64,000 nucleotides of DNA from Candidatus Multivoradales bacterium. GTDB lineage: Bacteria; Acidobacteriota; Thermoanaerobaculia; Multivoradales; JAHEKO01. This document shows, in pieces, positions 1 through 9,232 of the stretch. The notes below the pieces were generated by a model. The model did no database searches and had not been told where the DNA came from. It saw only the letters and a list, made by a program, of their open reading frames with translations. The stretch covers positions 987,097 through 1,051,096 of the forward strand of contig CBDCVR010000015.1 of NCBI GenBank assembly GCA_965223155.1. The letters run 5' to 3'. Within the stretch, counting starts at the first letter, position 1; every line of letters starts with the position of its first letter. The position numbers were made by a program, and so were the translations under genes.

Positions 1-2445
1 GCCGAAGCTGCGATAGCCGAGTTGATACTGGAACTCCACCTTGCCGAAGTTGCCGAGCGGCCGGCCGAGCTTCAAGTCCAGATTGGGATTCGAGGTCTCG
101 ACCTCTTCCTCCACCGCCTCGATCCCGTCGCGAAACAGGTTGTCGGTACCGCGAAGGGCCAGAGCGAAGGCGTCGACGCCCAGGTCCCACTTCGAGCCCA
201 GAAAATCCGGGTCGGTAATCGCCACGTTGACGAGCGGCCCGGCGAAGAAGACGTTGGCCTGGGTGCCGGTGCCGCGCCAGTCGAACCAGAACCAGTTGAT
301 CCCGCCGAGCGGGATCGGAAAGTCCTGATTCTCGTCGTAGAAGACCCCGCCCACCAGGAACCGGCGTTTCGTGTCGAGCTCGGCCTTGACCACGCGCTCG
401 CCGGTCTCCTCGTCAATCACCAGGTACTTGAGCCCGTCGTCGGTGTCGCGCACGATGGTGGCTTCAGAGTCGAGAGCCGCCTGGCGGCTGGCGTCGAAGT
501 CTTCGGGGTTGAGCGCGACGTCGGACAGCAGGATCTCGCGCTCGACCACGGTCGTGCCGCTCAGAATCGACCAGATCTGCTGGCCCACCAGACGGAGCGG
601 CAAGAAGTAGCTCTCCGGAGACCAGGGGCCGGGCAAACCGTCGGCGCCTAGGGGAGAGAAGAACTGTGTCTCCTCGCTTGAGACCACCTCGCCTTCGAGG
701 CCGAGCTGAACCGTGCGGGTCCGCACCCGAGCGTAGATCTCGCGATCGACCCAGACGGTACCCTGATAGAGGCTCTTGCCCTCGGTGACGGCGACGACCG
801 GAGCGAAGTCGACCACCCAGCAGTCGCGGCCGTCGACCGTCTCGGTGCCGCGCAGCTCGTACCGGTACTCCTTGGTGAAGGTGATCTCGACGGGCAGGGC
901 CGCCGCTTTTTCGGGCTGGATCAATGGAATCTCGGGAATGGTCTTCCGGCGCCAGCGCACTCCGTTGACCAGAAACTCCTGCCAGACCCAGTCGAAGCCG
1001 CCGCCCTCGTCGACGAAGTACGGGCCCCGAAAGGTGGCTTCGACCGACTGGTTCGCCGTGCCGCCCTGGAAACGCAGGTGGCTGGTGTTGACGGCACGGT
1101 AGGTCCCGAGCTTGCGCCTCTGGGCGTCCTCGAAGGCCTGCAGCCGGCGCACGATCTCCTCGACCGGCATCTGGCGTTTGTCGGCGACGGTGACCTCTTC
1201 CACGAGACCCAGGATGCCCTCGAGCTCGGCGGCGCTCATCCGCTCGAGTGCCAAGACCTCGACCGCTCCCGGGTCGGCGAGTCTCAAGGTGAAGCTGTCC
1301 CGATCCCGATCGGTGCCCCACTGGGTGACCGTTTCGCCGGTGGCGAGGTCGATCCGGGCCGGCTCACGCAAGCGCGGATCGGAAAAGCGAAGCTCCAACT
1401 CGTCGCCGGCACCCGCCCGCGTCTCGATGACGACCCGCAGGCTGAGGTCCTCTCCGCGCACGAACGCGAAGGCGCTCGCCCCACCGGAAGGCTCGGAGCC
1501 GGGCGCGGGCGAAACATCTCCCGCGAACTCTCGCGCCAGCGTTCTGAGGCCGGCGAGCGCCGCCGACCGGATCGGCGGGGCCGCGGCCGACCCGCCATCG
1601 AAGACCACGAGGCTGACACCGGCGTGAGCGTAGCGGGCGGCCTCCACCAGGAGCTTCTCGGGCGGCATGGGCAGGGCCAGGGCGTCGAGCACGATCTCGG
1701 CCCCTGGATCGTGAGCCAAGATCTCGGTGACCGCCGCGGTCAGCTTCTCTGGTGATGTCGCAGTCAGCGGAGCCAGCGGAGCCGGGGGAGCCAGGGCAAC
1801 CGCATCCAGATAGGCAGCGAGCTCGCCGACGATCTCGGCCCCGGCTCCGGCGGCGCCGGCCCCGGAAGACCCGCCTGGGGCAAACAGCCGCTGGATCGCG
1901 CCGGGCTCGGCCGGGATCGTCTTCGAGACCAGCCGCGCCGCCGGCTGAGCTCCCAGAACCGCCGCCGACGCCTGCTTGACCAAGAAGGCGTAGTCCGCGC
2001 CCGCGCCACCTCCAGGATCGTCGGTCGAGTCGCCCCCCTCCGAGCCGGCCGGCCAGGAGATCTGGACCCGAGTGCCCTCGGGACTCTGCCGGGCCAAAGC
2101 CGCCAGCGCGTCGAGCTCCCGCCCCAGGGCCTCGAGGTTGTCGAGAAGCGGCGGCGGCGTTTCGAACTCGGCCACCAGCCAGGGTGTGGCCCCAGCAGCA
2201 ACGGCAGCGGCGAGCCCGGACGGCTCGCCCGCGGCCAACCGAACCCGGGTGCCGACGAAGAGCGGTGCTCCGGCGGCAAGCTCGGGGCCGGCGGCAAGCT
2301 CGCCGGCAAGCGAAGCGAGGTCGGACACCACGAGGGCCGCGCAGGGCGTGCATCGGTCCGGCGGCTCGGCAAGCGCCGGCGCCAGGCCGCCTGCTACGAC
2401 GCCGGCCAGAGCCGCCGCCACGAACGTCAAGTGAAAGTTCTTCAT
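1..2445 (-). CDS. Secreted hypothetical protein, 5' end complete and 3' end runs off the window. The C-terminal half may have a LolA-like (outer-membrane lipoprotein-sorting-like) fold.
   Basis: Hand translation of the minus frame starting at the ATG at 2443-2445 gives MKNFHLTFVAAALAGVVAGGLAPALA, a classic signal peptide, followed by more than 800 protein-like residues with no stop before coordinate 1. This frame is absent from the ORF track because it has no stop inside the window. The listed ORFs here (464..1321, 1364..2353, 1764..2372) are Arg/Gly-rich alternative frames typical of GC artefacts. The LolA-like comparison rests on C-terminal motifs (DGRDCWVVDF, TVWVD) and is weak. Confidence 0.55.
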   Translation of the reverse strand, partial: MKNFHLTFVAAALAGVVAGGLAPALAEPPDRCTPCAALVVSDLASLAGELAAGPELAAGAPLFVGTRVRLAAGEPSGLAAAVAAGATPWLVAEFETPPPLLDNLEALGRELDALAALARQSPEGTRVQISWPAGSEGGDSTDDPGGGAGADYAFLVKQASAAVLGAQPAARLVSKTIPAEPGAIQRLFAPGGSSGAGAAGAGAEIVGELAAYLDAVALAPPAPLAPLTATSPEKLTAAVTEILAHDPGAEIVLDALALPMPPEKLLVEAARYAHAGVSLVVFDGGSAAAPPIRSAALAGLRTLAREFAGDVSPAPGSEPSGGASAFAFVRGEDLSLRVVIETRAGAGDELELRFSDPRLREPARIDLATGETVTQWGTDRDRDSFTLRLADPGAVEVLALERMSAAELEGILGLVEEVTVADKRQMPVEEIVRRLQAFEDAQRRKLGTYRAVNTSHLRFQGGTANQSVEATFRGPYFVDEGGGFDWVWQEFLVNGVRWRRKTIPEIPLIQPEKAAALPVEITFTKEYRYELRGTETVDGRDCWVVDFAPVVAVTEGKSLYQGTVWVDREIYARVRTRTVQLGLEGEVVSSEETQFFSPLGADGLPGPWSPESYFLPLRLVGQQIWSILSGTTVVEREILLSDVALNPEDFDASRQAALDSEATIVRDTDDGLKYLVIDEETGERVVKAELDTKRRFLVGGVFYDENQDFPIPLGGINWFWFDWRGTGTQANVFFAGPLVNVAITDPDFLGSKWDLGVDAFALALRGTDNLFRDGIEAVEEEVETSNPNLDLKLGRPLGNFGKVEFQYQLGYRSFG

Positions 2446-2490
2446 TCCGCTCCCCACATGCAAGTTCTCTGCGAGCCTCGTCCCGGACCC

Positions 2491-2530
2491 GATCCGATCA
2501 GGCCGGAGCCAATCGGATCCTGTCGGATCG
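2491..2530. promoter_or_regulatory. Inverted and direct repeat cluster (GATCCGAT ... ATCGGATC ... GTCGGATCG) in the promoter region of the secreted-protein gene that starts at 2445. Candidate operator.
   Basis: Read directly: gatccgat at 2491-2498 and its exact reverse complement atcggatc at 2512-2519, with a third copy gtcggatcg at 2522-2530. The cluster sits 45-85 bp upstream of the ATG at 2445 on the minus strand. Confidence 0.3.
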
Positions 2531-2621
2531 CCGGACTCTACTATTGGGTTGGTCGAGGCGGGTTGGGCTGGGCAGTTTCGGCAAAGGCAGCCTACGACAG
2601 TGACCCCTCGGTGCGCGGCCG

Positions 2622-4784
2622 CTACGAGCCTGGGGGCCGGCCCACCACCCTTACTGGGCTCGATTGGATTCTATTTCCATCCGGTGTCGTCGCCGCCAGC
2701 CGCAGCGCGTAGGTTCCGGCGGCCAGGTCCTGTGCTTCGAGCTCGACCAGGTAGCGTTCGATCCGGAGGCCCGTGGACGCAGCGGACGTCTCGGGCTCGC
2801 GCCGCACGGTCAGAAGCGGCAGCTCGGAAGCCACCTGTCCGCTCCCATCGAGAAGCTCGGCGCGCACCGTCCCCAGAATCCCGGACAGGTTGTAGCCGGC
2901 CAGGGCCAGGGAAAGACGCCCCGCGACCACCGACGGGCCGGCCGCGGGCACGAAGGCCGCGCCGCCGGTGACGAAGGGATAGGGGACCTCGGGGCGTTCA
3001 CCGGTTTCCTGCCCGATCAACCACTTGCCGGCGGGCTCAGGGACAAGCGGCGGCAGCAGGTACGGCGCGGTCGAGTCCGAAGCCGGTACCGAAAGCGGCA
3101 CCACCCGCAGAGCGGTCGATCCGGTCTGGGCGTTCCGCACCAGGGTCCGGATGGCGTAGTCGCCGGGCGCCAGCTCCAGATGGCCCCAGAACTTGAAGCC
3201 ACTGGCTCGGAGCACCGGGCCCACCTTTGCGACGTCGAGCGTCAGCCGCTGGGTGGCGAAGTCGGCGATGGTGCCGTCGTCCCGTATGGCGTAGGCGTAG
3301 ATCTCGAGAGGCAAGATTCCGGAGTCATCGTCGGCCAAGAGCGCCCGCCCGTCGATCTCGACAAGCATCGGCACGTAGGCCCGCTCTTTCGGGCCCGGAA
3401 ACGGAGCCGCCAGAACCGCGGTTTCCAGGCGGCCGCCCTCGGCGCCGCCGATGACGAGACCGGCGGCGTTGATCTTGCGCTCGGCACCGCTCTGCTCACC
3501 GAAGGGCCGCGGCGCGTAGAAGCCCGGCCGGTGCACCAGCCGCACGCCGCGCCGTCGATCCCGTAACCGCACCTTGAGGCGATGAAACGAGCCGTCAAGC
3601 TCCAGGTCCTCCGGCTGCAAGGTCAGGACGTAGGTAACGCTGGTCCGCTCCAGGAGCTCGCCCATGGCCTCGCCCAGGTTGTTGTAGTTACGGAAGAGCT
3701 CGCCGCCGGTCTCATCCGCCAGGATGAAAAGCCCGTCCTGCCCCGAGGCCCGCGGCTTGATCTCGGCGCCGGCGCGGGCGCCGCCGATATCCACCGCCTG
3801 GATCGTGCAGTCACCGCGCCGGAACTCCTCCAGCGTCTGCCGCAGGCTGCGTTGCGCCACCGAGCTGCCGTAGCGTTCCTCGGAATCGATCCGCCAGTGC
3901 TCGCCGACCGACGCGTCGTTGGCCATCTCGGTGATGCGGGCAAGATCCTCGGTACCGACGACGATCGAGCTGTCAAATCCCTCGGAGAGCAGCACGATGT
4001 GCTTGCGGCCGGAAACGCTCTGCATCAGCTTGGCCAGCTCTTCGAGCGAGCTCGACAGGGCCAGCACCTGCTGCTCTTGCTTCTCTCGCTGCTCGCGCCG
4101 GGCAAAGGGCTGAAGGTCCCGAGCGTTCTGAAGCATCATGGCCGCGCGCTCGGACTTCATCGAGCCGGCGCCGCGGGGTCCGGGGGCACCGGCCGGGCCG
4201 GACGGGAGTCCGGCGTCCAGGATCGAATCCACGACCAGGCCCAGGGGATCCTGAAAATGCCGGCCGGGCTCGGGCGAGCGCAGATCGCGGATCGCCGCCT
4301 CGAGCTGCCGATGGTCCCGGGTAAAGCTCAAGACCAGCTCGACGCCGGTCGATTCGGTGTAGGTAGCCACGGCCACCAGATCGGTTGGATGCAGGGCCTC
4401 GAGCGCCAGCGTCCGCGCCGCCGCCTGGGCCTTGCCGATCGAGCCCGGGGTCGAAAACGACAGATCGAAAAGCAGCAGGAAGTGGCGACTGGCCGCGAGC
4501 TGAGGCCGCTCGCTTGCCGGCCCGGAGGCGAGATCCACGACGTCAAAGGCTACGATGGGCTCCGCGGCTCCGTCGCGACGGACCTCGAAATCCTCGGCGG
4601 TGAGGCCCCGAACCGGACCGGCGGGGCCGAACACCTGAACCGGGACTTCGACCACCGTGACCGTCGCGACTTCTTCGAACCGATCGTCGCGCGCGGCGAG
4701 CGCGGCCGAGACAAGAACTGCCAGGCCCACGCCGAGGAGCACGGTCCGGCTCGTCAGGACACCACGGGAACTTCTAGGGCGCAT
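2622..4784 (-). CDS. VWA (von Willebrand factor type A) domain-containing secreted protein of the acidobacterial VWFA-related type
   Basis: ORF 2622..4898, trimmed to the internal ATG at 4784 (MRPRSSRGVLTSRTVLLGVGLAVLVSAALA), which gives a signal-peptide N-terminus. The body has VWA-like blocks (HIVLLSEGFDSS, MIDAS-like DxSxS context) and a long beta-rich C-terminus. The alternative start at 4898 adds 38 Arg/Trp-rich residues. Confidence 0.7.
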   Translation of the reverse strand: MRPRSSRGVLTSRTVLLGVGLAVLVSAALAARDDRFEEVATVTVVEVPVQVFGPAGPVRGLTAEDFEVRRDGAAEPIVAFDVVDLASGPASERPQLAASRHFLLLFDLSFSTPGSIGKAQAAARTLALEALHPTDLVAVATYTESTGVELVLSFTRDHRQLEAAIRDLRSPEPGRHFQDPLGLVVDSILDAGLPSGPAGAPGPRGAGSMKSERAAMMLQNARDLQPFARREQREKQEQQVLALSSSLEELAKLMQSVSGRKHIVLLSEGFDSSIVVGTEDLARITEMANDASVGEHWRIDSEERYGSSVAQRSLRQTLEEFRRGDCTIQAVDIGGARAGAEIKPRASGQDGLFILADETGGELFRNYNNLGEAMGELLERTSVTYVLTLQPEDLELDGSFHRLKVRLRDRRRGVRLVHRPGFYAPRPFGEQSGAERKINAAGLVIGGAEGGRLETAVLAAPFPGPKERAYVPMLVEIDGRALLADDDSGILPLEIYAYAIRDDGTIADFATQRLTLDVAKVGPVLRASGFKFWGHLELAPGDYAIRTLVRNAQTGSTALRVVPLSVPASDSTAPYLLPPLVPEPAGKWLIGQETGERPEVPYPFVTGGAAFVPAAGPSVVAGRLSLALAGYNLSGILGTVRAELLDGSGQVASELPLLTVRREPETSAASTGLRIERYLVELEAQDLAAGTYALRLAATTPDGNRIQSSPVRVVGRPPGS

Positions 4785-4860
4785 CCTGCTAACTACGAAC
4801 CCGGGACACCGAGGTTGCCGGAGCGCGCCAACGTAGCGAGTATAGCCAGGCGTAGCCAGC

Positions 4861-5811
4861 CTAGCCGCCGTCCGCCAATCGCGCCACGTCGCTGGCACAG
4901 CCCCAGGACAGGGTCACGCCGGCGCCACCGTGGCCGTAGTTGTGGATCACGGTCGCTCCCGAGCCCACGACCTCGCGCTCGATCCGGACGCGGGCTCGCA
5001 CCGGCCGGAGCCCCACGGCCCAGCCGGTCTCGCCGGCGCCGGCAAGACCGGGTTCGAGCTCGCGGCAACGCTGCCGGATCCCTGCCTGGATCTCGGGGTC
5101 GGGATCCAGACTCTCGACGCCTTCCTGGTAGCAGCCACCGAGAACGCAGTCATCGATCCGTGGAATCACGTAGGTCAACCCGCCTGGAGCGTGTTCGTCC
5201 ACCAGGATGTGCTCGAGTCCCGGGTTCGCGGTGCGCACGATCTCACCGCGCACCGCCACCAGTTCCTCGTCACCCGTCAATCGCCTCGCGCCCAGACCCG
5301 TGCAGTTGACGATCAGGTCGAACTCCCGGCCGGCAGCTTCCAGGTCGTGAATCGTCATCGGCACGATCCGCCCCCCGGCCGTTTCGACGCGGTCCAAGAG
5401 ATGGGGCAGAAACCTGCCGGTGTCGATGACCGGCGCCTCGAACGAGAAGCTGTCCCGGTACCCCTGGGCGATCCGGTCCGGCGGCGGCTCGCCGTGCCGG
5501 AACCCGGTAACGATCTCACTCCACCAGGGATCCGGCTCGGGCTCGCGGAAAAGCTGCCACACGGGCCGCATCACCACCCCGCCGACGGCTTCGTCGGCCA
5601 TCGTCCGGAACACCGAAAAACTCTCGGTGCACCATTCGGCAACCGGATCGTCCTGAGAGGCCCGATAGGGATGCCAGAAGGCGGCGGCGACATTCGAGGT
5701 GGTCTCGGGTGGCAGCTCGCGCGCCCGAATCTCGACCTCATGCCCGGCCTCGAGGAGCCGCACCGCCGAGGTGAGTCCCGAGACACCGCAGCCGGCCACC
5801 ACGACACGCAT
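4861..5811 (-). CDS. FAD-dependent oxidoreductase, D-amino-acid oxidase (DAO) family
   Basis: N-terminal MRVVVAGCGVSGLTSA is a dinucleotide-binding GxGxxG motif. The length (316 aa) and conserved C-terminal HNYGHGGAGVTLSWG block are typical of the DAO family. Confidence 0.8.
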   Translation of the reverse strand: MRVVVAGCGVSGLTSAVRLLEAGHEVEIRARELPPETTSNVAAAFWHPYRASQDDPVAEWCTESFSVFRTMADEAVGGVVMRPVWQLFREPEPDPWWSEIVTGFRHGEPPPDRIAQGYRDSFSFEAPVIDTGRFLPHLLDRVETAGGRIVPMTIHDLEAAGREFDLIVNCTGLGARRLTGDEELVAVRGEIVRTANPGLEHILVDEHAPGGLTYVIPRIDDCVLGGCYQEGVESLDPDPEIQAGIRQRCRELEPGLAGAGETGWAVGLRPVRARVRIEREVVGSGATVIHNYGHGGAGVTLSWGCASDVARLADGG

Positions 5812-5933
5812 GACGATACGCTATCAAGGCCGCTACGCTTCAGGACCGGGACGACGGCGACCGAGGCCGCGGATTCTTCGGTCGGGAGGACCGCCGTGTC
5901 CATCCGATGCTCCTCCGGCCCGGGTGACCCGTC

Positions 5934-5971
5934 CCCCCAAGAAAAGGCCGGCCGCCCGAAGGCGGCCGGCC
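5934..5971 (-). terminator. Rho-independent terminator downstream of the 6011..6592 gene
   Basis: On the minus strand there is a perfect 11-bp stem GGCCGGCCGCC, loop TTCG, GGCGGCCGGCC, followed by TTTTCTT. It lies 40 nt after the stop at 6011. Confidence 0.75.
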
Positions 5972-6010
5972 TGCCCTTGCTCGGTCTTCGAAAACGATGG
6001 CTAGCGACGT

Positions 6011-6592
6011 CTAGTGACCCCACTGCCAGCGAAAGCGTAGCCTTGGCCTCTCGTACCGGTTGTCGTACCAGCCGTTAAGCCGGCTGCGCGTCCGGTTCCG
6101 GTAGTGCGCATCGCGGGACGGACCGAACAGCTCGTCCGCGTAGATCTCGAGGTCGATCATGGCGTCGGTCAGACGCCTGAACTCCCGGTTGATCTTGCCG
6201 AAGGCATGGGCGCCATGCGTCGCGTGCGACGCGTTGGCAAACGCCCGCTGAAGCTCCAGGAAGTCGCCGCGAGTGTGGCGAAAGTCCTGGCGGTACCGCT
6301 CTACCTGACGATGAAAGTGCCTGGCCCGGCTCTCGAGCTCGCGGAACGCGAGGAGCGCCCGCTCTTCCCGGTGGGTACCGTGGTGGGCGTAGCGCTCGGC
6401 CGAGCGGTGAACGTATCGCGCTCGGTCCTCGACTTCGTGGGCCAGCCTCTGGACCTTGTCGAGCTGGTAGGCGTTAATGCCGTACCTTGGCTCGTAGCGA
6501 CGTCCGTAGCGGTCGGAGTCGTCGTCGGCCCGGAGCCCCGCTGCCGATACCAGCAGCGCGGCGAAGACGGTGAGGATTGTTCGTGTCTTCAT
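6011..6592 (-). CDS. Secreted His/Arg/Tyr-rich hypothetical protein
   Basis: ORF 6011..6616, trimmed to the ATG at 6592, which is preceded by GGAGG with a 5-nt spacer. The N-terminus MKTRTILTVFAALLVSAAGLRA is a signal peptide. The body carries repeated RYxHR / ERY motifs (ERYAHHGTHREE, VERYRQDFRHTRG). No family assignment. Confidence 0.7.
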   Translation of the reverse strand: MKTRTILTVFAALLVSAAGLRADDDSDRYGRRYEPRYGINAYQLDKVQRLAHEVEDRARYVHRSAERYAHHGTHREERALLAFRELESRARHFHRQVERYRQDFRHTRGDFLELQRAFANASHATHGAHAFGKINREFRRLTDAMIDLEIYADELFGPSRDAHYRNRTRSRLNGWYDNRYERPRLRFRWQWGH

Positions 6593-6898
6593 ACTGACCT
6601 CCTTTCTCACCGCCAACCAGGAAGCTCAAATGCCGTGCCACCGCGAGAACGCCTTATCCCAATTAACTCTCTTGGTTCAGACCCGGGCGGGAACTGGAAA
6701 AGTGTCCCCTGGGGAGGACGTTTTTGGCTGGGTTCGCCCCAGGCTCCGGACCGGAGTCGCCTGCTCTCGGCGAAAGCGCCAATGCGACCGACCCCAACCC
6801 GGCTTGGGTCTCGCGGGCGAACGAAATGAGCCTTGGCTGTCGCCGGAAGCGCGCCCCGGTCTGGGGCCGGCATCCTCTAGGCGGCGGAAGAGCGACCG

Positions 6899-7582
6899 CT
6901 AGGGCAACGCGCGCCGGAAGGACCGCGCTTCGGGCGGCAAGGCGATCTCGGCGTGCTCCAGCAGCACCGCCCGGGGATCGATCCGCTCGCCGTAGTAGCG
7001 CCGGTTCGACTTGTCGTGCGGAGCCAGCCGCGCGCCTTCGAGCGCGACGCCAGCAAACAGGCCGCGGGACTTGGCGTAGGAATAGATTTCCGCCCGCAAC
7101 CGGGCATCGGTCGCGAGCTCGGCCGAGCGGCCCAGGGGGCCGGCCGCCACCGAGATGTCGCCACCCACGGTGAACTTGCTCTTGAGCAGTGATTTGACGC
7201 TCGCCTCGCTCATCAGGAAGAGCACCAGATCGGTCGCCTGGGCACCCACCTGAAAGCCGAAGCTCCCTCCCGAAAGACGCACGAAAACGGGCGCGCTCCA
7301 GGCGCCGCCGGAATTCCGGCAGGCGAGGACTCCGCGTCCGTGCCGGCCGCCCCACCCCAAGGCGCCCTTGATGACACCCGGAATGACGGCCACGCACCGT
7401 GCCTTCTCCAGCAATTCTTCGGGCACTCTCTTGTCCGGCGTTTCCAAGAGCTCTTCGTACACCACCTCGGCGGTCTGCATCTTCTGGGCGAGCCGGGCGC
7501 TCGCTTCGGCCGGGGCTCCGACCGCGATCGCAAGCCCGCAGCCCAGAGCCGTGATTCCCAAGATTCTTCGGCAGTCCAGCAT
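6899..7582 (-). CDS. SYLF (Ysc84-like, DUF500) lipid-binding domain protein, secreted
   Basis: Signal peptide MLDCRRILGITALGCGLAIAVGAPAEA. Gly-rich SYLF-type blocks (GALGWGGRHGRGV, SGGSFGFQVGAQ, VGGDISVAAGPLGR). 227 aa. Confidence 0.7.
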   Translation of the reverse strand: MLDCRRILGITALGCGLAIAVGAPAEASARLAQKMQTAEVVYEELLETPDKRVPEELLEKARCVAVIPGVIKGALGWGGRHGRGVLACRNSGGAWSAPVFVRLSGGSFGFQVGAQATDLVLFLMSEASVKSLLKSKFTVGGDISVAAGPLGRSAELATDARLRAEIYSYAKSRGLFAGVALEGARLAPHDKSNRRYYGERIDPRAVLLEHAEIALPPEARSFRRALP

Positions 7583-7891
7583 CTGTCGTCTCCCTGGTCG
7601 TTAGGCGTCGGTCGAGCCAGCGGTGGTTGCAAGCGCCCTCCGGCCCTCTTCCATCAGATGCACGAAGCGTTCCTCGGCCAGATTCGATCGCCTCAAACGG
7701 CGAGCCTAGCGCCTTCTCGAAGCGCCGGCGAGTCTGCGGGCCGTACGAGTTCTGTGCCTGGATCTCGAAGTAGAGCCTGGCGGTTTCCGCACCACCTGGC
7801 GGCGCCACAAGACTACATCACAGAGTCCGAGCTCGAGCTCTGGGTAGTGGTACGTTGTGGTCCGTCGCCGATCTCGTGGGCGACTGCTAGT

Positions 7892-9148
7892 TTGAAAACG
7901 TACCACTACAATCTCGAGAGTTTCAGGGTCCTCGCCGAAGCACTGGCCATCGGTCTCCTGGTGGGCGTCGAGCGGTACCGGGCGCGCAAGCCCGAGGTCA
8001 AACGGTTCGGCAGCGTCAGGACTTTCGCGGCGATCGCTCTGATCGGCGGCATCTGCGGTCTTCTCGGAAACTCCCTGTTTGCCGCGGCGTCGTTTCTGGT
8101 CGTGGGCGCGCTCGTGACCGCTGGCTACCTGCGAGAGGCCGACCGCTTCGACGTGGGGCTCACCACCGAGGTCGCGGCGCTGGCGGTCTTCTGGCTCGGC
8201 TTTCTCGTAACCTCGCTCGAGGCGCTCGCGCTGGGGATGACGATCGCGCTCGCGATCCTGCTCAACGCCAAGCGCGCGCTTCACGACTTCGTCCGCCACG
8301 GCGTCTCGGAGCGCGAGTTCTTCGACACGCTCAAGTTTCTTGCGATGGTGTTGATCGTCTACCCGCTCCTGCCCGACCGGCAGATCGGCCCGTGGGGGTT
8401 CTTCAATCCCTCGAAGCTGTGGTTCTTCGTGGTTCTGGTCTCGGCGGTGAGCTTCGCCGGCTACGTGCTGGTGCGCTGGCTGGGACCCAAACGCGGTACC
8501 CTCTGGAGCGCGATGGCGGGCGGGCTTGTTTCGACCACGGCGACCACGCTGACGCTCGCCGGTCGTGCCCGCCGGAGTCCCGATGCGTCGGGTTTCCTGG
8601 GCAAGGCCGGCGGCCTGGCCAACGCGGTTCAGTTGCCCAAGATCCTGGTGCTCGCCTGGATCGCGAGCCCGGAGCTGGGCCGTCAACTCCTCGGCCCCCT
8701 GGCGGTAGCCACGGCAACGGCAGCGACCGTGGCCTGGATCGGCGGCCGTGCCGGCAAGCGAACTGGCGAAGCCGAGAGCCTTCTCTACGAGAATCCGTTT
8801 TCTCTCAGGCCCGCTCTCCGATTCGCCGCGATTCTGGCTGGGGTCCTGCTGGCGGTACGGGCCGCGACCGCCTGGTTCGGCGACCACGGACTGCTGCTGG
8901 CCTCGGCGCTGGCCGGAGCCGCCAGCGCCTCTGCCGTGCTCCTGTCGAGCGCCGACCTCCTCGAAGAAGGAGCGCTGCCGGCGGGCCGCGCGGCGGTCCT
9001 GGCTCTCGCCGCACTCTCGACCAATGCCCTGGTCAAGGCGGTGCTCGCGGCGGTTCAGGGGACTCGTCCGTTCGCGCTGCGCTTGGCGGCCGCGGCCGCC
9101 TCTGCCCTTGCCGCCGCCTGGCTGTTCTGGACCCTGACCGGACCATAA
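7892..9148 (+). CDS. MgtC/SapB-family membrane protein with a DUF4010-type C-terminal extension
   Basis: ORF 7340..9148, but its 5' part overlaps the convergent SYLF gene and is not membrane-like. A TTG at 7892 gives MKTYHYNLESFRVLAEALAIGLLVGVERYRARKP, which matches the MgtC N-terminal signature (LGLLIG.ERE-like). Multiple transmembrane segments follow. The start is approximate (TTG or a nearby GTG). Confidence 0.65.
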   Translation: MKTYHYNLESFRVLAEALAIGLLVGVERYRARKPEVKRFGSVRTFAAIALIGGICGLLGNSLFAAASFLVVGALVTAGYLREADRFDVGLTTEVAALAVFWLGFLVTSLEALALGMTIALAILLNAKRALHDFVRHGVSEREFFDTLKFLAMVLIVYPLLPDRQIGPWGFFNPSKLWFFVVLVSAVSFAGYVLVRWLGPKRGTLWSAMAGGLVSTTATTLTLAGRARRSPDASGFLGKAGGLANAVQLPKILVLAWIASPELGRQLLGPLAVATATAATVAWIGGRAGKRTGEAESLLYENPFSLRPALRFAAILAGVLLAVRAATAWFGDHGLLLASALAGAASASAVLLSSADLLEEGALPAGRAAVLALAALSTNALVKAVLAAVQGTRPFALRLAAAAASALAAAWLFWTLTGP

Positions 9149-9232
9149 GGCGAAACCCACACCCGGAGGTCTCACGTAACTATCCTTGATCGAACTCCGA
9201 ACCTTTGCTTCCAAACCAGAAAGGACCTAAAG

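Noticed and set aside
3582-5309. 575-aa ORF on the plus strand
   Set aside because: It is antisense to the VWA and DAO genes, has an Arg/Gly/Ala-rich composition and no motifs. This is the typical high-GC antisense artefact.
6617-6898. Small ORFs (6570..6902, 6607..6873) and a CCCCGG-tct-GGGG hairpin in the spacer downstream of the SYLF gene
   Set aside because: The ORFs are compositionally artefactual. The hairpin is short, GC-only and lacks a U-tract, so it was not called as a terminator.
7340-7891. Upstream extension of the MgtC-family ORF (listed start 7340), and the 502-aa antisense ORF 7706..9214
   Set aside because: The extension overlaps the convergent SYLF gene and is not membrane-like. 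The MgtC signature begins only near 7900, so the start was moved to TTG 7892. The antisense ORF has no protein-like features.
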